A stretch of 64,000 nucleotides of DNA from the human T2T-CHM13v2.0 reference genome, Homo sapiens. The notes under the pieces were generated by a model, which made no database searches, was not told the DNA's origin, and saw nothing but the letters and a program-made list of their open reading frames with translations. The stretch lies in the NCBI RefSeq assembly GCF_009914755.1, contig NC_060942.1. One strand, given 5' to 3'. The position numbers and the translations under genes are program-made. The stretch's first letter is position 1; the number at the start of each line of letters is the position of its first letter. This document shows positions 27,462 to 44,894 of this stretch, piece after piece.

Positions 27462-28502
27462 ATGTATTAGCTTCCTAGGGCTGTGTAACAAACTACCGCA
27501 AACTGGGTGGCAAAAAGCAACAGAAATTTATTCTTTCACAGTTCATGTGTCCAAAATGTCTAAAATCAAGTTGTCGTCAAGCCATGGTCCCTCAAAGGTT
27601 CCAGGGAAGACTCTTCTCTTGCCCCTTCCTAGCCTTTGGTGGCTGCTGGCAATTTTTGGCATGTCTCGGCTTGCCATTGCATCACCCCAATCTCTGTCTC
27701 TGTCTTCCCACCGCCATTTTTTCTCTGTGTGTGTCTCTGTGGCTCTGTTTTCCCTTTTTAAAAGTATACCAGTCATTGAATTAGGACCCACCCTGTCAGA
27801 GGTGTTTGAACCAGAATGACTCCATCTTGAATAGGGTCTGGGTAAACTAAGGCTGAGACCTACTGGGCTGCATTCCCAGGAGGTTAGGCATTCTTAGTCA
27901 CAGGATGAGACAGGAGGTCGGCATAAGATACAGGTCACGAAGACCCTGCTGATAGATCAGGATGCAGTGAAGAAGTAGCCGAAGCCCACGAAAACCAAGA
28001 TGGCAATGAAAGTGACCTCTGGTCGTCCACATGGCTCATATGCTAATTATAATGTGTTAGATGCCAAAAGACACTCCCACCAGCACCATGACAGTTTACC
28101 AATGCCATGGCAACATTTAGAAGTTACCCTATATAATCTAAAAATAGGAGGCACCCTCAGTTCCAGGAAATCTCTGCCCTTTTCCCAGAAAACACATAAA
28201 TTATCCAATTCTTGTTTAGCATATAATCAATAAATAAGTATACTCAGGCGAGCAGCCTATACCGCTGCTCTGCCATTCTTTTACTTTCTTAATAAACTTG
28301 CTCCAAATTCTTTCTTGTGTGAGGTTCAAGAACCCTCTCTTGGGGTCTGGATTGGAACCCCTTTTCCGTAATAATCCAACAACCTAATCCAATATGAACT
28401 CCTTCACTAATTATACCTGCAGAAATCCTATTTCTAAATAAGGTCGCATTCTGAGGCTCCAGGCAGACATGGATTTGGGGGACACTATTCAACCCTGTAT
28501 AC
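27462..28502 (-). mobile_element. MLT1C/D-like MaLR LTR split by a MER41 insertion
   Basis: tgtattagcttcctagggctg...cagaaatttattct on the left; resumes after 28373 and ends acactattcaaccctgtataca. Confidence 0.75.
27794..28373 (+). mobile_element. MER41-family (MER41B-like) solo LTR
   Basis: Starts TGTCAGAGGTGTTTGAACCAGAATGACTCCATCTTG and ends GGGGTCTGGATTGGAACCCCTTTTCCGTAATA; tandem GAS motifs. Confidence 0.88.
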
Positions 28503-30315
28503 ACTCCATGAGCTGATTGGCTTGTGGTGACTGTGCCGTTCTCCTGGTCATTGTCCCTGCCCGGTGCTCTATGGACCTGTCCCCAGCCTGGCCGATGCCA
28601 GGGCAGAGTTGATGAGAGAGCAGAGATGCTGCTTTGTCCCGCTTTAGCCCAGGCAGGAGCGGAGCTTTGCTGCTCCTGGTGCTTCCTCCGCCCCCTTCCC
28701 CTTCCTTCCACCTCCCTCCTGCTGGCTCTCAGCACAGCCATGTGATTGCAACCATCAAAGGAGGCCTCCCTGCTGAGGAGGGGGTATATCTAAGTGCGGG
28801 TTCCTGGACAGATTTTTATCTGTTGCTTTGCTGCCTTTCTTTACATTATGTTCATAAGAGACCACAATTCCCCGTTTGTATACACATCGTTGCAATTTGC
28901 TTTCATTATGAGGTAGAAAACATCTATTTGCATTTTCCTCCCCACTCCCCAACTCCTACATCTTTTGGAAAAAAAAAAAATTCTATTTCAAGCTACAGTG
29001 CATACCATAATGTGATTATTGATGTTTCTTTCCCTGGGAATGCCTTCTTGGCTTTCCATTTCTCTTCCCTGCCAAGCACACTTGACCCGTGTTAATGTAA
29101 AGGTTACAACAGCAATGATAAATCTCTTCCCCGCCGTCTCACTTGCCTGAAGTGCCCAGGTTCATGAGATGAGGACAGCATGAGGAGGAGAATGCAGGAT
29201 GCAGGGAAGATAGAGGAAAGAGAGAAAATCAAAAGATTCATAAATCGCAGGGCTCTTAGCCTCCAAGCAGAACTGCAGATTAGATTTGTTAAACCAAAAA
29301 AGCCCTTGGGAAACACAGAAACAGGAGCTTTCGAATATCTAAAAACTCAGATTTAATGATCCAAAGATCAAATGCAGGTGAAGAAAAGTACTTTTCTTTG
29401 GGCTATGAGCTAATCCAGGGGTTGACGGTATATAGCAGGAAATTTTGAGACTAATATTATAACTAACAACTAACTTTTAATCTTTGAAAGGCATTTGCAC
29501 AAAATACCGTTCATTTTCCTCACCAGCATTTAACATATTGGTATAAGTCAAATCCCTTTGCAGATGAATGCTTAGGACGTAGAGCGTGTCTCAGTTTCGG
29601 CAAAACACTGGAATCACCTGGGATTCCGATTTAATTGGTCAAGCGCGAAGCCCAAGCATCAGTGGGTTTTAAAGTCTCCCCAGGTGATACTAACGGGCAG
29701 CTAGAATTCAGAACTACCGGTATAAAAAGTCAGAACTTCCCACGATCATTAGTGCCCAGCATACTTACTGCTAAGCAGCAAAACGTGACCACATCTATTA
29801 CAGGGCTCTACCAACATTTCTTGCATTACGACGGAATACTTTTCCTAGTAGACGGGCTATTTTTCAAAATGGCAGCCCAGGAGCTTGGAATGAGTGGATT
29901 CTGTTGTGTCAAATCTTCAATTTTCATGGAAAGCCACTGCCCTGCTGGATCTCAGAACAGGGAATGGTGACTCCCTGAACCTTCCACAGGGCAAGTTCCC
30001 TCCCCAAGTTTCTCCTTCTGCTTTGTATACCTTCTGCTTTGACTTGCCCACCTGTCTCTGGGGCTTCCTCATGGGCTTCTTATTCCTCCATTCATTTATA
30101 CCCTCATCCTGTATATGGAACATAAAACAGTAATAGCAAATCTCAATTCTTAACACATGTCAAGCTTCTCTTCTGGCTAAAATGTGGGCATAATATTTTG
30201 GTTTACTGTGAGACTAAAATTAATCAGGAAATATGTGTTGATTGCTCAGAGGAAAATAAGCAAGGGTGGGAAACATACAAAGAAGTTCAGTGTGTAGATC
30301 CTCAAGGATCTTACC

Positions 30316-30523
30316 AGGGTAGGCAAACTATAGCCCGCAGGCCAAATCTGGTCCCTCGCCTGTTTTTGTAAATAAAGTTTTATTGGTACACAACTATGCT
30401 ATTTTTTTTAAAGCATATTATCTATGACAGACCTGAATAATTGTGGCCTATTTTTGCATCTGGCCTGCAAAGGCTAAAATACTTACTATCTGGCCCCTTT
30501 TAGAAAAATGTTTGCTAACATTG
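30316..30523. mobile_element. MER58A hAT MITE
   Basis: cagggtaggcaaactatagcccgcaggccaaatctgg...ttactatctggcccctttt. Confidence 0.8.
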
Positions 30524-31169
30524 ATCTAGATAAACCAACCACAAAAACAATAGATAGAGAAGGGAGAGATATAGATAGATAGATGTCTCCATCCATCCTT
30601 TCAACAAATATTTATGTTGTAGGCACTGTGCCAGGCTCTAGGGGATGTTTGTGTGAATCAGAGAGGGCTACTTCCCCCTGTGAGGCCCACAGTCTACTGA
30701 ACTTGTCATCAATCCTGAGCAATGAATAACCACCAAAAGGGAGGCCTGTGCAACAAGATCAAAGGAGAAGAGAATGTTTGAGGCTAGACAAACCCATGGG
30801 TAACTAGAATCTCACCTGTGAACCTTACAGCTGGTTTCTAAGCTGAATGGGATAAAGACGAGGAAGGGGAGACCTCGACAAGGTTGGAATGAAGAAGTAG
30901 GAAAGTCCAGGTCATGGTCAAGGGCCAGCAAATGCCAATCCGGCTGTCTCCCAAGTATACTGGAGTGGTAAGGGGAAGAATGGCTTTCTTTGTTCACCAC
31001 TGATCATCCATACCAGAGTTGACATTTTGTAAGGGTGTGGACAATGTTTGTGTTATTTACCTCCATCTCTAGCGTTAAGCAAAATGCTTGGCATATGTAG
31101 GTGCCTGAAGAATATTATCTAAAGAATTAAAGAATAGATGAGTAATGGGTATCTCAAATGTTAGGCTAG

Positions 31170-31539
<370 letters not shown>

Positions 31540-32478
31540 TGTTACTTTAAACAAAGGACTAGATAGGAGATAAGAAAGCTTTTGTGTTTATGAACAACTC
31601 CTCTACAATGAAACTTCTACAAGCATTACATTCTTTAACTCTGTCAGCCTTTTGTTTTATAGATGATGAAATTGAGTTTCAGAGAGGTTAAGCAACTGGC
31701 CAAGGTCATACAGCAAGAAAATGGTAGAGCTGGAACTCAGTAAGTCTTTTTTTAAATCTCAGACTCAACGCTATCAGCACACTCCCATGCCTACCAGTCA
31801 TTTTCATACCATGCTTTGAAGAACCCTCAGGCTCCTCAGAGCCCCATAATGGCACTGTGACCAATTTAGTAGCATTGAGGATCAAAAGCACAGACCCCCT
31901 ACCCAGCTTCACCCTGAGCAGTTCTCATTTTCTCTCCTTTACTTATTGAGTTTCCTGGTTTTATCCAAACAAAAGTTCTTGGAGGAACAAAAAAAAATTT
32001 GAAATCACTGTACAGGACCATACTACTTCCTAAAATAAAGCCAGGGGGTATGGTTTCTAGCCTGAACTCCACCACCAAGGTGCTGTGGGATCATAGTCAG
32101 CCACTTCTCCTTCTTCCTACCCATGGAAGTTTGGACAACAATGCTGAGATCCTATCACACTTTCTTCACTTTCCAGAGAGATCAAGATGAAATGAAAAGC
32201 TTATTTAATGGATGGCAATGGCTGGATCACCTTGAACAAAATTCTAGATAAAGTTTAACTCCATTGACAGCAGCAAATTAGGGGAATATAATTAGTTACT
32301 GAGCAGAGCTCAGGAAATCATCATTGCTGGGTGCTTTGGCAGATGCCTGCCAATGGCATCTAAAATTATGACTCTAGAAGCAAATATGAGCCAATCTTTT
32401 GGCCTTACCTCATAGTAATCAGCACATGACAGAATATAGGGATATTAGTAAACAGTCCACAGGGGTATAGCCACTTAC

Positions 32479-32596
32479 CAAGAGAGATGTAACACATGAA
32501 TATACTGATTCTCAAAGAATTCATAGTTGGAAATAATGCCACTCCCATCGATGGCCTGACCATTCTTATACCAAGTTACCTCTGGCTTGGGCTGAC
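32479..32596 (-). CDS. ALPK2: ALPK2 exon 3 (118 nt), Ig-like domain: (G)[38 protein letters not shown](C)
   Basis: Translated by hand; contains the I-set motif P-x-P-x-V-T-W-Y-K-N-G. Acceptor tttctttattgtcag| and donor TG|gtaagt. Phases 1 and 2 match exons 2 and 4. Confidence 0.95.
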
Positions 32597-33822
32597 CTGA
32601 CAATAAAGAAAGAAAAGTATCCTTATTAGTTTAAGTATTTTTAGGAAAAAAAAAAAAACCCATAAAGCTATGAACAAGGATGGACAGTAAGCAACAGGGA
32701 TGAGGATGATGGATTACGTTAGGTGAGGAATTGAAAAGCCTTCTTCTTGTTGATACAAATAAACACGTAATTCAGCAGACACTATTGAGCATGTTATGTA
32801 CCTAAGATGGTGCTGTGCTGATGGGTGGCATACAAAATGAAAAATGCTACCCCTAATCTCAACGTGCTATTAAGAAAAATTTTCCAATACTTGGAAATAA
32901 GGCAAAGATATGAATAGTATCTTTTTTCAATGTCATATGAAGGCAAAGGCCCATCCAAGCATGATCTTGGGTCATATACTTTGTTTCACTCAATGATAAC
33001 TACTGATTTAAAGTGAAGGTATATGTTAATTTGTAGGTTTTTATCCAATAGAAATGCAAATAATTTCCATCTAGGAGAAAAGATAATCCTATAAGTTATT
33101 GTTTATTGCTCTGTAGGACATTAACCAGTGCTACACCTAACCCAGCAGTTTTACCCCAACATTCCTTTATTAAATTGCCTATACACACCTAGCTCCTCAA
33201 ACTTTAATAGTTTCTGGTTTCTTCTCTAATTAATTAGTTGAATAAAATCTTTAAAATGTGTATTTCATATTTGCATGGGAATCACCTTACCTTTTTGAAA
33301 ATTATACTTTAATAGTGCTCAAAGTTAGTGCGTTAGTTATGGCACAAAAGAGAGGAGAACAAAGTAGATTTGCAAATGCCACTTTCTTCCTGAGGATGAA
33401 GAGTTTGGAATGTAGGCTTCCCAGACTGATGCTATGCATATGTTACTGATATCATCACAGAAATTGACCTACACTTTCTCTCTTAGAAAAGATTCATCCT
33501 TCCCTGGTGTTCAATAATGGGACGTGATGTTAATGGGCTAATCCGGTAAAACCTCCGGGAATTTCATCCACCCCTTGGGATTTTTCCCTCTTGTTACAGA
33601 GCAGGAAGGTTTCCATTGTGTTCCAAAGAGCTTTCTCATTAGCCTTCATGTCACTGAAAATATGTCAAAATGTGCCATATGCACAGGAAGGAAAGCCTGG
33701 TATTTGGAAACAATACACCATTCTTAATCTGTCTTAGGAACGTTCTTGTATTTCTGTCTTATTTATTGCGTGATTTTTGGTGAGCAACTCCAGAGACCAC
33801 TAAGATGAGAACCGCATGTTCT

Positions 33823-34114
33823 GGCCAGGCATGGTGGTTCACGCCTATAATCCCAGCACTTTGGGAGGCCGAGGCAGGGGGGTGAATCACTTGAGTCTAG
33901 GCATTTAAGACCAGTCTGGGCCACATGGCAAAACCTCATCTCTAGAAACAATACAAAAGTTATTTGGGTGTGGTGGTGTACACCTGTAGTCTCAGCTACC
34001 TGGGAGGCTGAGACAGGAGTATGATCTGAGCCTATGTGGTCGAGGCTGCAGTGAGCTGTAATCATGATTGTGCCACTGCACTCCAGCCTGGGCGACAGAG
34101 TGGGACCTTGTCTC

Positions 34115-34149
<35 letters not shown>
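33823..34149 (+). mobile_element. Alu (AluJ)
   Basis: Alu body with (GAAAA)n tail. Confidence 0.9.
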
Positions 34150-35120
34150 CGGAACTCCATAGAAAGAGGAAAGACAAACGAAGTACAGAGGGAAGAAAAA
34201 GTTCGTTAGACCTGCACCTGCACCATGAGCAGGACCTGAAAATGCTAAGTCTCCCTCCCTCCCTCCCTCCCTGTGTCTCCCAGCTAGGCTGCCACTGTGC
34301 TCATGCCATGAATGCGCTTTTTTGGCAACTGTGGATTTTTCCTCCTTGCCTTCTCCTTCAGGTAAACACCTGAGTAGTTACCCTGGGGCTTGGAACAGAT
34401 AGACCTGCATGCAAGGATAAATCCTCCAGTAGCTGCGTGGCTGAGCCTCTTACAGGCATTTGCCTATAAAAAGACACCAAAAAATGGGCTTCCCTGAAAA
34501 ACCATCAAGGGGTTTCTGATCATAATTCATTTCTGCCTGTTCTTGTCAACCCTGTGTCCTCCTTTAAGACTGTTTCATCACACTCCTTTATAGGAAGCAG
34601 TGAATTCCTCCTTTTTGTGGGTACGTGGCTGTTTTGAAGAAAATACATAAAATATTCATGAGCTGGGCCTGGGAACTCATTCTGATCTCTTGGATTCCAG
34701 TTTTTCATTCAGGCTGATGAGGGCTGATTGATTTCCCCCAGTTTCCTAATGGCTGACTGTTTTTTTCCCCTGTGCAGTATAGATCTGAACAATCAGCCAG
34801 AAATGAGACTTGCATAGGGAAGTGGTATCTGGTATCTTGTGGGTGGTTCTCTTTTCTCCTGCCACTTGCTGGAAACCTCACCTGAAAGTCCTCCCCTTGT
34901 TTTTGGAACCTACTGTGGGTCATACATTGAGAGCCACCTCCTAAACATTTCAGAAGTATCTGGGCGAGGGGACCACAGCCAAGTTCAGGGCATGTCCAAA
35001 CACACGAGGGCTCTGCTCTGAAGACTCAAGGTCAGCTTGCACTGTTCTGTCTGTCTGAATGACGATGGACCATCACGGAGACAGAAGCCTGGGCTTGGAG
35101 AGGCTGAGCGCACAGTTCTA

Positions 35121-35486
<366 letters not shown>

Positions 35487-35816
35487 TCAAGAAACACCAT
35501 TGGCACCTTCATGTTTTCAAGGGTAGAGACATAATCCAAAAAAGAAAAGAGAACCACCCATGAGGTACAAGATATCACTTCCCTACCCAATTGTTTTATG
35601 TTTATGTTCTTTTAATGATAAATCCTTTTACCATTGGGAGTACCCATACTTGATCAATTCTGAGTTATTTATTCACCAATCCAGAATCCCAGTCCCCTGT
35701 TTTTTCTCCACTGGTCACCCATTGCCTCTGTTTTAAGATTTTCACTTCTTATTAGCATCCCTGAAGAAGGCGTGCAGAGGAGAGACTAATTTAGCCAGTT
35801 TTAAGATATCAATTAG

Positions 35817-36452
<636 letters not shown>

Positions 36453-36842
36453 TTAAAGAATAACAGAAGAGTTCCATCAATTTACCGAAAAAAAGTGATT
36501 CATGCCATTCCTCTGTGCTCCATGAATTTAAACTATGGTTAAGGACACCCAAGAAAGAAAGAAAATTAAGAGTGGATTATCTGAAAAAAATAACCAGTGT
36601 GAGAGCTGCCTAACCCAGAACCACAAGGTGAAGTAAAGATCACTAAATCGTGTCCAGGAAGTCACTCAAAGAAATCTTTTAGAAACAAATCATAGAGGAT
36701 GGAGTTGCTTCATTGATTACACAGAAAAAAAAACTTCCAAGGTAATTTTCCCAAATGATGTTTTAGTAATGCCTTTGTGAGCCAAGAAACCTGGTATGCA
36801 GGGAGATTTTAGAGGGTGATTAGCTAGTCTAGTGATGGTTAC

Positions 36843-36951
36843 CAGATATTATGCAGCGAAGCACAGCGTCTGACTTCTCAGGAACCTTCTGGGAAAGCAA
36901 TGTAGATAAAAAACACAGCGGGGGCCTCTGGGGCCCTTCGGAGTCTGTCAT
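36843..36951 (-). CDS. ALPK2: ALPK2 exon 2 coding part (109 nt): [36 protein letters not shown](G). Full exon is 36843-36971, including 20 nt of 5'UTR
   Basis: ATG at 36951 in context AGGATGA. Poly-T acceptor ttttttcag|ATTTGG at 36972/36971 and donor TCTG|gtaacc. Protein matches the recalled ALPK2 N-terminus. Confidence 0.95.
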
Positions 36952-37099
36952 CCTTTCATGCCGCACCAAATCTGAAAAAAAAAAAAATCCCCGACATCAC
37001 CATTTGTTCTGGGATTTCTCTGGCCTTCTTAGGAATTCCAGAAACCACAGGGTGCCGCCCTGGCAGCTCACTGCACGCTGGAGGGTGGGCAGACTGAAG

Positions 37100-37312
37100 G
37101 TCTTTGGGCAGCCTTTCCAGGCCGTGGTGCTGCTGGTAGGTGGGCTGGATCCTTCTGTATTTCGGGGATGTCCTGTGCATTGCAGGATATTTAGCCGCAT
37201 GCCTGGCCTCTACCCACCAGATGCCAATAGCACCCCCACCCCTCCATGTGTGACAATCAAAAATGTCTGCAGACACTGCAGGGGAATGGGGGGGTGCCCT
37301 GATTAAGAACCA
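37100..37312. mobile_element. MER20 hAT MITE
   Basis: tgtcctgtgcattgcaggatatttagccgcatgcctggcctctacccaccagatgcc...ttaagaaccac. Confidence 0.75.
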
Positions 37313-38447
37313 CGAATCCTATTGTCCTAGGCAGACCCCAGAGCACCCAGAGTTCCAATGGAGAGGGAAGCATCCCATGAGGCTATGGTTAGTGCCACCT
37401 CCTCTCATTCCTCCTCCTTTCTCTTCTTAAAGTCTTTTCACACTGTGCTCAAAAAAGTGTGCATATGTCTTTGCCTCCAAAAAACATGTCAGTTGTGTTG
37501 AAATGATGTCCAGGGAGGAGATATTTTGAAATTAGGATATGACTGCTCCTTCTGAGCACCAGGTGGGTGCCCTAGGGGAAGGCAGGCACTAAACACTTGA
37601 TTAGTCACCAGATATATTATTTCACTTAATCTCTTTGAAGCTACTTAAAGGATAGTTACTAATGTCTCCTACATTTTACAGAGGTGGAACCTGAGACTCA
37701 GAGAGGTTCAACAACTTGCTCAAGATCACACAGCTCAAGTGGCAGCCACCTTGGGGCTGTCCTTCAGGGCTGTGCAGGCTGACACTTTCAATGTGTAAGA
37801 CACCACTGGAGCTTTGCAGGGCACAGCTTGCACAAGTATGAGCCAGCCCTGAGGGCGCAGGTTGGTCTGAATCCAGAGAACCCTTTCCTTTCCACGCTAC
37901 CGCTACTGGCAGATACAAGCTGGCTTCACTTGGCCAGACCTCTCCTTTGTGGAGCCCTGAGCTTAGAAAGGGCATTTAGTTCTGTCTACACAGTAGCGTC
38001 CACTTCTTCACAATGGCAGGCGGTTCTCCCACACCACAGAGCTCGGACAAAGAAAAGAACCACACTACAGTGTGGTTAGCCTGAACAGGGAAGGGGCGGT
38101 TAGGAACTGCAAATCCTGAATCCAGGGATGCTGAGGTCCCCAAAGCAGACACCTGAGCTAAGCTCTTGGTAGGAGAGGCCAAATTAAAGCAGCCACAGCT
38201 GTATTGCCAAAGGGACACCCCTTTCCATATGAGTGTCAGTAGCAGCTTCTTACCCATTTAGAAACAGTTCTTCCCTATTTCTTCCCACTTTTCCAGATTG
38301 TCTCAGATACCCTGAGAGACGAGTTCCCCGAGGACAGTTCAAGGTCTCACCAACACCTAAAAAATCTCCTGATGAGCAGAAGTGAGTAGAGGGAAAAGGA
38401 ACCTGAGTTCAGGGCCAATGATGTTTGAGGAGCCTTGCTGTAGTAGC

Positions 38448-39071
<624 letters not shown>

Positions 39072-39879
39072 TTAATCTCAAGATGTTCTGTTTAGAAATA
39101 TGGTGTGAACTGTATTTCCCAAAAAGTGTTCCCAAACTGCCCCTCCATAAAGCACCTACACTCTGTAAATATCAGGGTTAAAAAATAAATTAATTAAGGG
39201 GAATACACTGCCTTCCCTTCCTCAGGGAGAGTGTGTGCAGGAAGCAACTTTGTGCTTAAACCTGAAGTTAAATTAACTTACATGATGGGTGGAAAGAGCC
39301 GTAATGTTGAAGAAGTGACATGGTGGCACTGAAAAGAGAGAAAACTGCTTGGGTGTGGGGCAGAACACATGAGATGGGAGAGAGGTTTGAGAGACATACC
39401 TGCTGGGACAGGTGTGGAAGACTGAGCAAGAGAGGCTGAACTGAAGATTTTTCAGAAACTATGCATTGTGATTGTGAATTGGGTCCTTTTGACATTCTTT
39501 AACAAATGACTTACATTTCCAATTATTTTTGGTTATAGAACTTCTTAAATGTAGCTGTGCAGAGGCTGGATGACATGGGGCTCCGGTTCATACATGTGGT
39601 ATTTCAGAGCATAGTAATCCCCTCTCAGCATAATGGCAAATTAGTTGCACAGCACAGGAAGAAAATTCATCTGCTAGATAGCAAATAAATACCTCCATTC
39701 CAGATTAGGTTACGGGTACATTTGGTGGTTACGGAATGGATATCAATTGGTATTTTTAAAAAACCAGATTTAATACCAGCCCAAGGCTGGTCTTGAATTC
39801 CTGGGCTCAAGCCATCCTCCCACCTCAGCCTCCTGAGTAGTGGGGACTAGAGGCTTGAGCCTCCATGCCCAGCTCTCTT

Positions 39880-40370
39880 ACAGCCTTAATGAGATATAAT
39901 TACCATACCATACACAATTTACTCATTTAAGTTGTACAATTCAATGGCTTTCACTATATTCAGAATTGTGCAACCGTCACCACAATCCATTTTAGAGCAT
40001 TCTCATTACTCTAGAGAATCCCTACACCCCTTTTACCTCCTCATCTCCCCATTTCCACCCTCCCCCCCAACACACACAGCCAGAGGCAATCACTAATCTA
40101 CTTTCTGTCTGTATGTATTTGTCTATTATGGATTTTTTTTTTTTTTGTAGGGACAGGGTCTCACTACATTGCCCAGGCTGGTCTTGAATGCCTGGGCTCA
40201 AGCAATCCTCCCACCTGGCTTCCCAAAATGCTAGGATTATAGGCAGAAGACACAGAGCCCGGCCTATTCTGGACATTTTATATAAATAGAAGCTTTCACT
40301 TAACACAATGTTTTTGGGGTTTGACCATATTGTCACCTGTATCAGTACCTCATTCCTTTTTGTGGCCAAT
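39880..40370 (-). mobile_element. Old L1M 3' fragment with embedded and adjacent Alu monomer fragments (about 39780-39872 and 40133-40265)
   Basis: gtacaattcaatggctttcactatattcagaattgtgcaacc, antisense L1M 3' end. Confidence 0.7.
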
Positions 40371-41339
40371 CAGCAATGCTTTTCAGAAGCAACTGTTGAG
40401 ACAGAGGGATGACTACCCCACTCTTCATATTCCTAGGGAAGTTACTCAAATGGAGGGGGACAGTGGCGGGCAGGGCAGCTCTCATAGCAAGAAAACACCC
40501 TCCTGACCAGGAGGCCCCATAGAACTGTGAACACAATATAGGCTTTGCCACCTGCCAGGAACAAATCTACATCCAGCTCTGCCAATTATAAGGCAAGGCA
40601 TTGAACCTACCTTCTCATCTGTAAAAGGAGGGAATGATAATAGTCTAAGGATTAGAATAATGTATGTCAATTGCCTTGTAAATATCTGTTACATAATTAG
40701 TTTTCATAATGGTAATCAGCGTAGTATAAGGAAAGAGTTCACTTGTTTCATCAGTTTCCTTTTCTGCTGTGGGTTACCACAATGATTCTTTTTTAAAGTG
40801 ATATACCAACTAATGTGTAAAAATGTCTCTGGGTGTAATTGTCACCTGCAATAGTAATTTACAGGACATGACCTTCCATTCTCATTCCTGGAGATCACTG
40901 CTATGGATGGAGAAGGAGGAAAGGATAAATCCAGCTGTCAAGAGCTGGGCTGACGTTGAGGAGCTTCTGTGTCATCTGTGACTCCTCCCCAGGTGATGAC
41001 TTCCTGACAGTGTTGTCCCACATGTGAAAATACTGACAAACACACACTATTTGACTCACATAGTCAGTTTAGTGACCACATATCTGAGCCACAGAGCACT
41101 GACTGTACTCTGGAGAGGAAAAGGACAGTTAAGTCAGGCTGTGGCTCGTGTTTCGTGGCTTCTCTGAAGGTGAGAACCCTTGATGACAGATTTATCATTC
41201 TCTGCTAGAGATGAACAATCAATATTGAATTATTGGTATTAGTGGAGGAGTTTGTGGTAGGCTTCACAGATGACCTTGGGAAAACAATGTGTTAATTGGA
41301 AAGAATGCTGGATTTGCCTTTTTTCTTTTCTTTTTTTGC

Positions 41340-42670
<1,331 letters not shown>

Positions 42671-43195
42671 TAATTATACTGATCCTAAGTGGATACATTT
42701 ATGTTCTTAAAAATACATATAAAGGTAAAGTCTCCCAGAGGCATCATCTCTCCATCTCAGTTCTCTACCAAGAGGAAGAATCTGGTATCCTTTTAGGCAT
42801 TTTTTTCTATTCATTACACATATAATCATCTAAATATATGATAATTTTGTTGTATGTATGGCATGAATGGTATATATGTATGTTGGTATGTATGGTACAT
42901 GCTTTGTTGACAGTTGGCTTATTTTGCTTAATAATAAGTTTTGGCAATCTTACAGTGTCAACCCAATCCATAAGGCTCTCTATCAGCTTTTGAAAGCTGC
43001 TAAATATTGGTATTCCATAGTATAGCAATATCCCACTTAACCCATCTGCTCTTGTATTGATGTATAACTTGGCTGGAGTGTTTCAGACTTCCAATGACAT
43101 CCTAGTACATGCTTCCTTAGACACATAACTGGTCTCTAGCCTAAATGCCAAGAAATAGAATTACCAGAGAGAAGACTGTTCACATATCACATTAA

Positions 43196-43561
<366 letters not shown>

Positions 43562-44652
43562 TGATGATGTGGGGCGTGGATTCCTGTACCTGCTCCCTAG
43601 GCTCAAACCTCAGCTGTGCCACTCAGTAGCTGATCATCTCTCTGCCTCAGTCACTTCTTCTATAAAACTAAGATAATAGCAGTATCTATTCATTTGACCA
43701 TTATGGAATTTGAGTCAGTCTATGTAATGCTCTTCTGAATAGTATATAAAGTAAGCACTATGTAAGTGTTAGCCGCTGCCAGTGGCTTTGGGTTTAACAT
43801 TGGCAAGATGAAAAAATAATGTATTTCTCTCAAATTGTTGTAGAACAAAGGCTATAGGAGCGTTATTTGAATATTTAAAACACTCAAGTGATGTCACGTT
43901 TTATTTTGACTAATCTGCATCCCCCTTTCCCCCTGCACCCCTGCAATCTGCATCCCCCTTCCCCTACCCTCAATAGTCAGCAAGTCGCATGGCTGCTGTC
44001 ACCAAAAAGCTTGCTGTCAGCTGAAAGGATCAGGGAAGAGGTCACAGCTCACAAGCAGACCACAGGTAACCGGCTCTTGTGGAGCTGGCAGGAAAGCCAG
44101 CAGTCAGGGCGCCTACTCAGCGGGGACAGGAGGGATTAGTTCTGATTACCCAGCCTAATCCAATGGCAATTGTCTTCCTGAATTTGCCATCTCAGTTACT
44201 GTAGATTTGGACACCGCACCCTCTGTCACCTAATACCCAGTCCCGTGTTAGTTAGGGAACCTTATCCAAAGATGGTTTCTGTAAATTGCATGGGGAGGAA
44301 GAAGACCATGTCGGGAGAGACACTTAACACATTTCGGGTGCCTACTGTGTGTCAGCCCCAAGGCTGGGCACTTCACAGACAAGATCGTATTTCATCTTCA
44401 CAGTGAACTTGTCTGGTGGGTGTTCTTTGCTATTTCCCAGCTAATGACTTGGAAGCTTCAGTCACTTCTAAAGGTTGGTGTAAGAAGCATAACTTCTCAC
44501 AGCCTGCAAGTGGCAGAGCTGAAACATGAGTCCAGATTTGCTGGAGTGGAATATTCGTGAGGATGTGGAAAAGAACAAGAACCCTCATTCATTGCTGGTG
44601 AGAATGTAAAAGTGGTACAGACAGTTTGGAAAACACTTTAGCAGTTTCTTAA

Positions 44653-44894
44653 TCCATTTCCCGTTTGCCCCGAGAATACTGTTGTCTCCAATCCTAATGT
44701 AATATTACATACGTTTCTGTTACATTAGAATTAGAGATAAATTGTGTTTAGGAATAACTCCAAAAACAGTTTTTATATTTTATTTTCACATTGAAAATCA
44801 GCCAAATTTGTTTCAGCCTCAAAGAGTGTGTTTATGTAAAATTGAGTGCTGGCAGCAAGCTGCACTTTTTGTTTTTTTCTAAACGGGAAATGTG
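44653..44894. mobile_element. MER75B piggyBac-family MITE
   Basis: TIRs ccatttcccgttt / aaacgggaaatg, left TTAA at 44649-44652, about 240 bp, internal inverted repeat. Confidence 0.85.
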
